From Deltaproteobacteria bacterium (GTDB taxonomy: Bacteria; Desulfobacterota; GWC2-55-46; JAJCZF01): a DNA stretch of 64,000 bases. Within the stretch, counting starts at the first letter, position 1, and each line of letters opens with the position of its first letter. The position numbers and the translations under genes were made by a program. Positions 32,450 to 41,857 of the stretch are shown piece after piece. Location: the NCBI GenBank assembly GCA_029262535.1, contig JAJCZF010000074.1:78883-142882 (forward strand), given 5' to 3'. A model generated the notes under the pieces. It had not been told where the DNA came from. It did not search any database and worked only from the letters and a program-made list of their open reading frames with translations.

Positions 32450-35400
32450 ATGAACGATAATGAAAAGACAAAGGAAGAGCTTATAAAAGAGCTGGCGGAG
32501 CTTCGCGCGAAGCCCTCAGAGGGCGTAGCCGCGGAGAGCGACCGGGACGAGTATAAGGCCTATTTCGATTATATGGGTGACGCCCTGATCGTCCTGGATA
32601 TGCACAGAAGGGTGCTGAGGCTTAATAAGTCCGCCAAGAGGATGCTTGGTTACTCGGACGAGGATATTTCCGGTCTGACTTTTGAGAAGCTCTTTCCGGA
32701 ACGTGAGCATAAGAGCCATTATGCCGAGATGGAGCAGGCTATTGAAACAAGGTCTATCAGGTCTATGGATACTACGCTCATCTCAAAGCGCGGGGTGGAG
32801 ATACCGGTGCTTCTGAGCGGTTCCGTAATGCTTGACCGGGAAGGCGAGCCGTGCGGTTTAATCGGCGTATGCAGGGATTACACACAGATCAAACGGCGCT
32901 ATGAAGATGAGTTATTGAGATCGGAACAGCGCTGCCAGCTCCACATAGAGAGGACCCCTCTCGCAGCCATAGAGTGGAACACCGACTTCGAGGTTGTGGA
33001 GTGGAACCAGGCCGCCGAGAAGGTTTTTGGCTATACAAGGGAAGAAGCCCTTGGCCGACATGCCGACTTTATCATCCACAAAGATGCCAGAGGCCATGTG
33101 GATAAGGTATGGCAAGATCTTATGGAAAGAGAGGGCGGCGAGAGAAGCACAAACCTGAACGTCACAAAGGACGGTAGGACCATATTTTGCGAGTGGTATA
33201 ATACACCGCTGGTCACAGGGGGCGGCGAGGTGATAGGAGCCGCATCTATGGCCCACGATGTAACGGAGCTTAAGGCGGCCCAAGATGCTCTTAGAAGTGC
33301 CCATTACGATCTTGAAGAGAAGGTCCGGGAGCGCACCGAAGAGCTGATAAAGACCAATGAGGCGCTCAGAGACAGAGAAAGAAGGCTCTTAGAGGCCGAA
33401 CGAGTCTCGGGGTTGGGTCATTGGGAGTACGACCTTCGAGACGGCAAACTCTACTGGTCCGATGAGGTCTACCGTATCTTCAACATGGACCCTGAAGAGA
33501 TAGAGTCCTCTTTTGATGCTTTTATGGAGAGGATTCACCCCGAAGACCGGGAAGAGGTCGCCAGGGCCTACCGGGAGTCGGTAGAGAACAAAACCGTCTA
33601 CGATATCGTCCACCGCCTCCTGATGGAAGACGGAAGCGTTAAGTATGTAAATGAGAGGTGCAAGACCGAGTATGACGAGGACGGGATTCCCGTGCGTTCC
33701 CTCGGTACGGTACTTGACATAACGAAACTCAAACAAGCGGAAGAAGCTCTCGGGGAGAGCGAGGGGAAATACCGCCGTTTGTTCGAGAACATGCAGGAGG
33801 GTTTTGCCTACTGCAAGATGGAGTTCGATGAACTCGGCAAGCCGGTTGATTGGGTCTACCTTGAGGTAAACGACTACTTTGAGCTTCTTACCGGACTCAA
33901 AAAGGAGGATGTGGTCGGCAAAAGGGTCACTCAGGCGATACCGACAATCAAGGAAACACACCCGGAACTCTTCGACATCTACGGCGACGTTGCTCTGACC
34001 GGCAGGCAGGCCAGGTTTGAAATCTATTTCAAACCCCTGGAGATATGGCTTTCCGTCGCGGCATACTGTCCGCGTAAAGGGTATTTTATTGCAATATTCG
34101 GCAACATCACGGAGCGTAAAGGGATTGAAGAGGCTCTGAGGGACAGCGAAGAGAGGTTCTCCAAGGTCTTCTATGCCTCGTCCGACATCATGGCGATAAC
34201 CAGGGTGAGCGACGGCCTGATCGTTGAGGTGAACGATACAATGTTGAAGCTGTTTGGCTACGAGCGCGACGAGCTCGTCGGCGATACCACGACCGGAAAG
34301 AATCTCTGGGGAGACCCCTCCGACCGCGATAGGATGGTCGAGATATTAAAGAGAGACGGTTGTATTAAGAACTTCGCTACGAAGGTTTGCACCCGTAGCG
34401 GTGAGTTACGCTCGATTATCTTCTCGGCCGACACCATTACTCTTCGTGGAGAGACGCACCTGATAACGCATGCAAGGGACATTACCGAAAAGCTTGAGGC
34501 GGAAGAACGTCTCAGGCAAAGCGAGGAGAAGTTCAGGGGAATCGCCGAGAGGAGTTACGACGCCATCCTGATGACCGACGCCGGGGGCCATTATACCTAT
34601 ATCTCTCCGGGAGATGAGAAGAACACCGGAGTAAAGGCCGAAGAGGGGATTGGCAAAGACTTCCGGGACTTTCTGCCGGAGAGATCGGTTCCGCTTGCCG
34701 ACAAGGCTTTCGCCAGGGTCCTTGGCGGCGAGACCGTAGAAGGGCTCGAACTTGAGGCCGTGCGCAGGGACGGCAGGCCCTTCTTTATCGAATGCAATAT
34801 CACTCCGGTCTATCAGGATAATGAAGTGTCCGGAACGCAGATAATATACAGGAATATCACGGAACGTAAGCGGGCCGATGAGGTTCGAATAAAGAATATC
34901 GAGTTGGAAAAAGTCAACAGGTTGAAGGACGAGTTTTTGGCGAATATGTCACACGAACTCAGGACCCCCCTTAATTCGATAATCGGCTTCTCGGAGATGC
35001 TCAAGGACGATATGGTCGGCAAGCTAACGGAAGTGCAGAAAGGACAGTGCGAGCTTATATTTAAGAGCGGACGACACCTCTTGGATCTAGTAAATGACAT
35101 ACTCGATCTTTCGAAGGTGGAGGCCGGAAAGATGCAGCTTGAGCTTGAGATGTCCAATATTTCTGAACTGCTCAAGACCGGCGGGCTTATCCTAAAGGAG
35201 ACGGCCCAGAAGCGCTCCATAGAGCTTTCACTGGACATTGCGGACGATATAGGTATCGTCTATGTGGACCCGGTAAGATTCAAGCAGGTAGCCTACAATC
35301 TCCTCTCTAACGCCGTAAAGTTCACCCCGGACGGCGGAAGTGTTTCGCTCTCGGCAAGGTCTATCGGCGCGGATCCGAACAGGATGCTGGAGGTAAGCGT

Positions 35401-35623
35401 TACCGATACCGGCATCGGTATACCGGAAAAGGATATTGAGAGACTCTTTACGCCCTTTGAACAGCTGGAGAATGTCTTTACCAAGAAATACGAGGGTACC
35501 GGTCTCGGACTCATGTTGGTAAAACGTCTCACGGAGCTTCACGGCGGTACTGTGGAGGTGAAGAGCAAAGAAGGCGAGGGGAGCACATTTACCGTAAGGA
35601 TTCCATACAGGGAGTCACTTTAA
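32450..35623 (+). CDS. Cytoplasmic multi-PAS histidine kinase
   Basis: About six PAS/PAC units ending in DIT/NIT; MSHELRTPLN; HATPase. Confidence 0.9.
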   Translation: MNDNEKTKEELIKELAELRAKPSEGVAAESDRDEYKAYFDYMGDALIVLDMHRRVLRLNKSAKRMLGYSDEDISGLTFEKLFPEREHKSHYAEMEQAIETRSIRSMDTTLISKRGVEIPVLLSGSVMLDREGEPCGLIGVCRDYTQIKRRYEDELLRSEQRCQLHIERTPLAAIEWNTDFEVVEWNQAAEKVFGYTREEALGRHADFIIHKDARGHVDKVWQDLMEREGGERSTNLNVTKDGRTIFCEWYNTPLVTGGGEVIGAASMAHDVTELKAAQDALRSAHYDLEEKVRERTEELIKTNEALRDRERRLLEAERVSGLGHWEYDLRDGKLYWSDEVYRIFNMDPEEIESSFDAFMERIHPEDREEVARAYRESVENKTVYDIVHRLLMEDGSVKYVNERCKTEYDEDGIPVRSLGTVLDITKLKQAEEALGESEGKYRRLFENMQEGFAYCKMEFDELGKPVDWVYLEVNDYFELLTGLKKEDVVGKRVTQAIPTIKETHPELFDIYGDVALTGRQARFEIYFKPLEIWLSVAAYCPRKGYFIAIFGNITERKGIEEALRDSEERFSKVFYASSDIMAITRVSDGLIVEVNDTMLKLFGYERDELVGDTTTGKNLWGDPSDRDRMVEILKRDGCIKNFATKVCTRSGELRSIIFSADTITLRGETHLITHARDITEKLEAEERLRQSEEKFRGIAERSYDAILMTDAGGHYTYISPGDEKNTGVKAEEGIGKDFRDFLPERSVPLADKAFARVLGGETVEGLELEAVRRDGRPFFIECNITPVYQDNEVSGTQIIYRNITERKRADEVRIKNIELEKVNRLKDEFLANMSHELRTPLNSIIGFSEMLKDDMVGKLTEVQKGQCELIFKSGRHLLDLVNDILDLSKVEAGKMQLELEMSNISELLKTGGLILKETAQKRSIELSLDIADDIGIVYVDPVRFKQVAYNLLSNAVKFTPDGGSVSLSARSIGADPNRMLEVSVTDTGIGIPEKDIERLFTPFEQLENVFTKKYEGTGLGLMLVKRLTELHGGTVEVKSKEGEGSTFTVRIPYRESL

Positions 35624-36112
35624 AAGAGCCTACGATAGTACGCATTAATGGTATGTCAAGTAGCGTAGCGTCATGAAGTTTATCATAAGTTTTATCACAT
35701 TGGGGTGGAGTGAACCCCTGTAGTGAGATAGTTTTTCTTAGCACAATAGCGTTTCTGGTCTCCGGTGGCCGCTAATATTATGCAGCCCCCCTCTCTACCC
35801 TGGGGCGATCTAGGGAGAGGAGACCGGCGCACTCGACCCCGGTGAGGAAGTTGACCTGGGCGTGGATTTCGGCAAGGGCCCTGAAAGGGATACAAGGACG
35901 TCTAAAGCCCACCCATAAAGATTACCCAGTATTTAAAACATTTCCATCGTTAATCACTTATCTCGAAAAGTTGACCCTAAATCAGAATTATATTATAATT
36001 ATTCCTCACCGTAGGCCTTTCCCGTTTAGGGTGTTGATGACACCTCTCCCCATGAGCATTAAGGAATGGATTGAGTCAACATGTCTTAAGTTAGTTGATT
36101 GGGGTTGTTTCG

Positions 36113-38176
36113 ATGCTCTCCTTATTTGTAGATCCTGATTTTTTAAGCAGGCCAATCCTTGACAGCCATTACAATCTTACCCTTGTCGCCCTTTCTTATG
36201 TGGTGGCCTCAATTGCCGCTTACGTAGCACTCTTTCTTTCGACACGCTTTCGCCTGGCTGCCACCGCAAAACAACGCTGGACATTGTTGGTATCAGGCGC
36301 TGTCTGTATGGGTGGGGGCATCTGGGCGATGCACTTTATCGGTATGCTGGCATTTCATCTGCCGGTCGAAGTCACATACGGCCTTTCTCTTACCTTTATC
36401 TCCCTGTTGATTGTTATCGCAGTATCGGCTTACGCCTTCTACCACGTCGGGCGCAAGAAGATAAGCAGATATAACCATCTCCTCGGAGCCGTCCTGATGG
36501 GGCTTGGAATCTCTTCAATGCATTACATGGGCATGGCGGCAATGCGCATGGATGCCATGGCACGTTACAGGCCGGGTATATTCTTCCTTTCGATAATCAT
36601 TGCCATAACCGCGTCCTATACCGCTCTGTGGCTCTTGCTCTACTTTTGCAAAGAAGAAAAAGGTCACGAAAATCTGTTCCACCTCCTAAGCGCTCTCGTT
36701 ATGGGGCTGGCGGTCGTTGGGATGCATTACACGGGAATGTATGCGGCGGTATTTGTCAAGACCACGACTTCACTGCCTCTCCAGGCAGCCGTCAACACAC
36801 ATCTACTGGCGTTTACCATCACGATAGCGGTAGCCGTCATCTTGTGTCTCGGCCTTCTGTCGGCCTTCCAGCTGGAGGTATCGCAGAGGAAGTCCGTCGA
36901 AGCGGCGCTAAGGGAGAGCGAGACCTTTCTGCGTACTATTCAGGAGAACGCCGCGGACGGCATCATCGTCATTGATGACGGCGGAACTATCAAAAGCTTC
37001 AATATGGCTGCGGAGAAGATGTACGGCTACTCCGCCGACGAGGTGTTAGGCAGGAACGTAGATATCCTTATGTCTGAGCCCTACCATAGCAGCCATAACG
37101 CATACCTTGAAAGGTATATTCGTACGAAGGAAAAGCGAATTATAGGAGTAGGCCGAGATGTGGAGGCCCTGAGGAAAGACGGGACCGTCTACCCAATACG
37201 CCTTGCCGTAAGCGAAACGTTCATTGGAGATTGTCGATCGTTTACCGCCATACTCCACGATCTTACAGAACAAAAAAAGGCCGAGGAGGATCTTAGGAAA
37301 CTTTCGCGCGCCGTGGAACAGAGCCCGGTAACAGTCATGATAACCGACCTCAATGGCGATCTGACCTACGTAAATCCGAAGTTCTGCGAGGTCTCCGGGT
37401 ACGAGGCTGAGGAGGTCATTGGAGAAAACCCTCGTTTTCTGAAATCAGGCCATACCTCGGATGAGGAGTACAAGACGCTTTGGAAGACGATCAGCTCCGG
37501 CAACGAATGGCGCGGAGAGCTCCACACCAGGAAGAAGAACGGAGAGCTCTTCTGGGAGTCGGCCTCAATCTCCCCTATTAAATCCGCCGATGGCGCGATC
37601 ACGCACTACGTAGCCATTAAGGAGGATCTTACCGAGAGAAAACGACTTGAAGAAAAATTAAGGGAACTATCGTTTGTTGATGGACTGACCGGTCTTGCCA
37701 ACCGCAGGAGCTATGAAAAGGCCATCAAGAACGAGTGGAACCGTGCGAAGCGCACGAAGACGGCTATCTCCGTCATCATGATTGATATCGATTATTTCAA
37801 ATCTTATAACGATACCCTGGGCCACGCCGCCGGAGATGAATGCCTGCGTAGCGTTGCCCTGTCTCTTAAATCGAAGACTGTCAGGGGCGGCGATATGCTT
37901 GCCCGTTACGGTGGAGAGGAATTTATCGTGATTCTACCCAGTTCCGACAAAAATACGGCAACCAGGCTGGCCGAGATACTCAGGGCGAAGGTCGAGTCGC
38001 TTGGCATAAAACACCCTGCGTCAGTAATATCAGATTATGTCACCATAAGTCTCGGAGTCGCATCTACGATTCCCGGTGAGGTAAGTGATTCAAGCACGCT
38101 CGTCTCGGCGGCTGATGGTGAGTTATACCGTGCTAAAGAGGAGGGTAGGAACATGGTTAAGGGAATAGAATTATAG
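36113..38176 (+). CDS. MHYT-PAS-PAS-GGDEF diguanylate cyclase
   Basis: MHFIGM/MHYMGM/MHYTGM, two PAS domains, DGLTGLANRR, RGGD I-site, GGEEF. Confidence 0.92.
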   Translation: MLSLFVDPDFLSRPILDSHYNLTLVALSYVVASIAAYVALFLSTRFRLAATAKQRWTLLVSGAVCMGGGIWAMHFIGMLAFHLPVEVTYGLSLTFISLLIVIAVSAYAFYHVGRKKISRYNHLLGAVLMGLGISSMHYMGMAAMRMDAMARYRPGIFFLSIIIAITASYTALWLLLYFCKEEKGHENLFHLLSALVMGLAVVGMHYTGMYAAVFVKTTTSLPLQAAVNTHLLAFTITIAVAVILCLGLLSAFQLEVSQRKSVEAALRESETFLRTIQENAADGIIVIDDGGTIKSFNMAAEKMYGYSADEVLGRNVDILMSEPYHSSHNAYLERYIRTKEKRIIGVGRDVEALRKDGTVYPIRLAVSETFIGDCRSFTAILHDLTEQKKAEEDLRKLSRAVEQSPVTVMITDLNGDLTYVNPKFCEVSGYEAEEVIGENPRFLKSGHTSDEEYKTLWKTISSGNEWRGELHTRKKNGELFWESASISPIKSADGAITHYVAIKEDLTERKRLEEKLRELSFVDGLTGLANRRSYEKAIKNEWNRAKRTKTAISVIMIDIDYFKSYNDTLGHAAGDECLRSVALSLKSKTVRGGDMLARYGGEEFIVILPSSDKNTATRLAEILRAKVESLGIKHPASVISDYVTISLGVASTIPGEVSDSSTLVSAADGELYRAKEEGRNMVKGIEL

Positions 38177-38501
38177 ATTGTTGCGCTTAAAAGTTATTGC
38201 CGGGAATCAATATTTCTTGGATCTCCTTTGAGGTGCGCAGGTGTAGCAAGTACCTCGCCGAATCCTTTAAAATCTGCTAAAAGTTCCGAATGGCCTTTCT
38301 TAAGCTTATCATTCATAGCTCAGACTTATCGATTTATAGGGTGGCTACAAAATTTTATCACAATCGTAAAGCTGAACTAGACAATTCATAATATCTTCCA
38401 TTGACTCGGACCGATTTTATCATAATTAGCACAATTTGGCCGACTCGGAAGAGACGGCCAAAGACGCCACAGCGTAAGCAGTTGTTTTAGAAGAGGAAAA
38501 G

Positions 38502-38546
38502 TGGTGGGCGGTACTGGGTTCGAACCAGTGACTTCCACCGTGTGAA
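38502..38546 (-). repeat. 45-bp exact copy of the tRNA-Val 3' half (att-like site)
   Basis: Identical to 41670-41714; ends exactly at the 7-nt anticodon loop. Confidence 0.9.
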
Positions 38547-38738
38547 AATGAGAAGACGTATTTTTGCAAGGTCATGATTTTATTCTGGTTTCCCCTTTTA
38601 ACCTATAAAATCAAAGCCTTAGGCCGATTCCAATAATTCCATAGAGTCCAGTTAATTCCATAGTTTCGGACTGATTTTATCACAGTTGGGTGCAAGGCGC
38701 TCGTTGAGATTCATTAAAACAAGCGGGAAAGAAAAACC

Positions 38739-38772
38739 TTGACAGGCCGTATTGAAAGTGATATTCATTATC
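38739..38772 (+). promoter_or_regulatory. Sigma70 -35 (TTGACA) followed by a Fur box over the expected -10 region
   Basis: GAAAGTGATATTCATTATC at 38754-38772 matches GATAATGATAATCATTATC at 16/19; upstream of FTR1. Confidence 0.8.
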
Positions 38773-38797
38773 AATATCAACCTTTGGAGGTCTTTCT

Positions 38798-40237
38798 ATG
38801 TTAAAGAAAATTATTTTAATAGCTTTTTTGCTTGTCCCCTTTGCAGCCCCCTTTGCCATTGCAGGCGGTGCGGATTGGTCATTCGTGGCGGATGAAATAG
38901 AGACCGCCTTGCATTCGGCCGGGGAAGCGTATGGCGAAGGGAATGTAATAGAGGCGCAGGACACCGTGTCACGGGCATACCTCGAACTCTTCGAGGGCGG
39001 GGGGTTGGAAGCCGCCATAAGCCTTCACATATCCGAGAGGCGTAAACTGGATATCGAAGAGATGTTCGGGACGGTCAGAGACGCCATGGACCCTGGAGGA
39101 CCCGTCTCCGGGGTCATGGAGAAAGTTGACCTGCTGGTCTCAACTCTCAAGGAAGTAGCCCGGAGCCTACCGGTAAATGGCGGACCAAAAGAGTCTGCGC
39201 TTTCGCTCTTTTTCAAGTCGTTCATAATAATCCTGAGGGAGGGCTTCGAGGCCATACTCGTTATAAGCGCCCTTTCGGCATGGCTTGTAAAATCCGGACA
39301 TACTGATAAGGTCAGGACCATTTATAAAGGTGCGGGAGCGGCCCTCGTAGCAAGCGTCATTACCGCTATTTTGCTACAGACGCTGATTAAGATAAGCGGC
39401 GCGGGCAGGGAGGCCCTTGAAGGCGTTACCATGCTCCTTGCCACCGCGGTCCTCTTTTACGTTAGCTACTGGCTCATAAGCAAGATAGAGATAGGGCGGT
39501 GGCAGAATTATATAAGGTCGAAGGTCGAGGGTTCGCTCACGAGAGCCAACCTCTTCGCCCTCGGGTTTGCGGCCTTCCTCGCCGTCTATCGAGAAGGGGC
39601 GGAGACGATACTATTTTACGGGGCCCTCTATTCCTCGTCCGGGGGAGAGAGTTCCATAATTGCCTCGGGATTCATTATTGGGGTTCTTGCCCTTGTCGGA
39701 GTTTTTATCATCATCCAATATACGAGCGTGCGCATTCCCATAGGTCCGTTCTTTGCTGTAACGTCAACCCTCCTTTATTACCTTGCCTTCAGTTTTGCGG
39801 GAAAAGGAACACACGAACTACAGGAGGCCGGATGGATATCCTCTACCGTTGCCGAAGGGCTCCCGACGATTCGCTTCCTGGGTATCTATCCGACCTGGGA
39901 GGGCGTATGGGTACAGTCGCTCCTCTTCCTGGCTCTTCTGTTTGCTGTCCTTTACTGTCTTGTTATAAGACCTTACAGGGAAAGAGGAACTCTCTCTAAC
40001 GGCCTGACCCATATGGAGCTCGACATCAGATCCCTCCACAATATGCTTAATTCCGTAAGCGAGCACGCCATGAAGGCCCACGGACTCTCAAGCGGGCGTG
40101 CAGACCGAGAGGCGGACGAGATAAGAAGGCACCTTGTACGCATAGACTCAAAGGTACATTTGGTGATGGAGCATTTAATGAAGCTCAAAGAAGGTATATT
40201 TACAGATACGGAAAGGGATATAAAGAAGGCGCCTTAG
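38798..40237 (+). CDS. FTR1/EfeU family iron permease with periplasmic N-terminal helical domain
   Basis: Two RExxE motifs (REGFE, REGAE), HELQEAG, signal peptide. Confidence 0.92.
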   Translation: MLKKIILIAFLLVPFAAPFAIAGGADWSFVADEIETALHSAGEAYGEGNVIEAQDTVSRAYLELFEGGGLEAAISLHISERRKLDIEEMFGTVRDAMDPGGPVSGVMEKVDLLVSTLKEVARSLPVNGGPKESALSLFFKSFIIILREGFEAILVISALSAWLVKSGHTDKVRTIYKGAGAALVASVITAILLQTLIKISGAGREALEGVTMLLATAVLFYVSYWLISKIEIGRWQNYIRSKVEGSLTRANLFALGFAAFLAVYREGAETILFYGALYSSSGGESSIIASGFIIGVLALVGVFIIIQYTSVRIPIGPFFAVTSTLLYYLAFSFAGKGTHELQEAGWISSTVAEGLPTIRFLGIYPTWEGVWVQSLLFLALLFAVLYCLVIRPYRERGTLSNGLTHMELDIRSLHNMLNSVSEHAMKAHGLSSGRADREADEIRRHLVRIDSKVHLVMEHLMKLKEGIFTDTERDIKKAP

Positions 40238-40335
40238 AAGAAACACTTATTAATTAGTGGTTCGAAGCAACGAGCCCTATGGTATTTACCGGTTCAAAAT
40301 TATAATAACTGCAATCCATAAAGGAGATATAGACC

Positions 40336-41193
40336 ATGTACAAAAAAAGCAGGTATCTGGCAGTCGTATTGTTGTTGGGAGCGTTCGCAGTCCTTCCGTC
40401 TTTTGTCTACGGCGCTAACGGCGCTAACTTCGTCCTTTACAACCATCACACCGCCGAGCCGGGGGAGATGGAGATCATGCTGATGATGGATATTGGCCAG
40501 GAGCCGGACGGCACCAATTATACTGCCCAGATGGTCGAATTCGAGTTGGGGATAACGGAGAGGTTTACGGCTGAGTTCATGGTCGAGGGGCAGACGACCT
40601 CCGGTGAAGACGGGTATCATTTCACGGGTTTCAGGTTGGAAGGCCGGTACCGTCTCTTTGAATACGGGACATTCTTAAACCCCGTACTTTACGTAGAGTA
40701 CGAAGATTTGAGTGAGGACACCAAGTACGTGATGGAGATGAGCGGCAGGGAGGATGCGTCGGAAAAGCATAAATCCAGGCCATCGAGGGAACGGGTGCTT
40801 GAGACAAGGCTCATCCTCGGCCACGATATTACCGATAGGTTCGATGTGGCTCTGAACTGGCTAAACGAGAGCGATCTGGACACGGGGGTAACTGCCTTTG
40901 GGTACGCGGTGGGCCTTAATTACGGCCTCCGGGCTTTTGGCGGCGGTTCTTCCGGTCATATGGAGGACAAAAGCGAGGTCCATAAAAGCGTAACGCTCGG
41001 CCTTGAAATCTTCGGCGGCCTGGGTGATAGCGACAAGGGTTTGACCGCAAATGGAAACCTCACCCAGCACTACTTCGCTCCAAACCTTAAAATACACGCC
41101 ACGGAAAAGGTCATGGTAAAGTTCGGCGGGGCGATAGGGCTTACCAACGTCAGCCAGGATATATTCAGGCTCGCCCTGGGCTATGAGTTTTAA
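40336..41193 (+). CDS. Putative outer-membrane beta-barrel protein
   Basis: Signal peptide, alternating beta pattern, terminal YEF; directly downstream of FTR1 on the same strand. Confidence 0.7.
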   Translation: MYKKSRYLAVVLLLGAFAVLPSFVYGANGANFVLYNHHTAEPGEMEIMLMMDIGQEPDGTNYTAQMVEFELGITERFTAEFMVEGQTTSGEDGYHFTGFRLEGRYRLFEYGTFLNPVLYVEYEDLSEDTKYVMEMSGREDASEKHKSRPSRERVLETRLILGHDITDRFDVALNWLNESDLDTGVTAFGYAVGLNYGLRAFGGGSSGHMEDKSEVHKSVTLGLEIFGGLGDSDKGLTANGNLTQHYFAPNLKIHATEKVMVKFGGAIGLTNVSQDIFRLALGYEF

Positions 41194-41271
41194 GGCCTGT
41201 ATCTCTGCTAGCAAAGGCGAGGAAGGCCGACTCTGCAACAGGTTGCGTACTGACAAGCGAAGCGGGAAGAA

Positions 41272-41375
41272 AGGTCCTTGTCCGCAACGTTCACAGAGGC
41301 TTTCACGGGGCCATGAAGAGGGAAAAGATTATAGGTTTCCGTCTTCATAATCTTCGCAACGCGTTTAGTTCAGCC
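41272..41375 (+). pseudogene. Tyrosine recombinase/integrase fragment (box II region)
   Basis: Translates to KVLVRNVHRGFHGAMKREKIIGFRLHNLRNAFSS, resembling F..A.KRAGI.DFRFHDLRHTFAS. Confidence 0.6.
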
Positions 41376-41418
41376 AGGAAAAAAGGGCTGACCGAAACGG
41401 CTAACTCCATGATTAACT

Positions 41419-41463
41419 TGGTTCCCGGGGAGGGGTTCGAACCCCCGACAGAGTGATTAAGAG
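41419..41463 (-). repeat. 45-bp tRNA-Lys(CTT)-like 3' fragment (att-like site)
   Basis: Reverse complement CTCTTAA TCACT CTGTC GGGGG TTCGAAC CCCTC CCCGGGA ACCA gives anticodon loop, T-arm and CCA; no 5' half. Confidence 0.7.
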
Positions 41464-41669
41464 GGGGATATCGACAATTTTCGTAAGGGCATGATCTTGT
41501 TCTGGCTTCCCTGTTTACCTGCTAAAATCAAAATCTTAGATGAGTTCGAACAATTCTATAGAGTCTAATCCAGTCCATTGTTTCAGGCTGATTTTATTAC
41601 AATTTGGCCAATTGAAAACGATAGGTCAAAGACGCCACCGCGTAAGTTGTTGTTTTAGAAGAAAAAAAC

Positions 41670-41744
41670 TGGTGGGCGGTACTGGGTTCGAACCAGTGAC
41701 TTCCACCGTGTGAAGGTGGCACTCTACCGCTGAGTCAACCGCCC
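41670..41744 (-). tRNA. tRNA-Val (anticodon CAC)
   Basis: GGGCGGTTGACTCAGCGGTAGAGTGCCACCTTCACACGGTGGAAGTCACTGGTTCGAACCCAGTACCGCCCACCA folds into a full cloverleaf with CCA. Confidence 0.96.
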
Positions 41745-41857
41745 GTGCTTTATAAGAATAATATATAGCCCTCTGGTAAGTCAAGCCTTGCCCGCTCTTT
41801 GGCGACTCGTTAAGAATTATATTGAATCCGTGCCGCTTAATAGATATATTCTACCCT

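Larger units (their letters stand above)
38547..41669. mobile_element. tRNA-Val-associated genomic islet (decayed integrative element) carrying iron-uptake genes
   Basis: Bounded by tRNA-Val and its 3' duplicate; contains an integrase fragment. Confidence 0.7.

Noticed and set aside
38502..38546. Second functional tRNA-Val (likewise a tRNA-Lys at 41419-41463)
   Set aside because: Only 3' halves are present, with no D-arm or 5' acceptor strand.
38547..41669. Active prophage or ICE
   Set aside because: Only about 3 kb, the integrase is reduced to a fragment, and there are no replication, transfer or structural genes.
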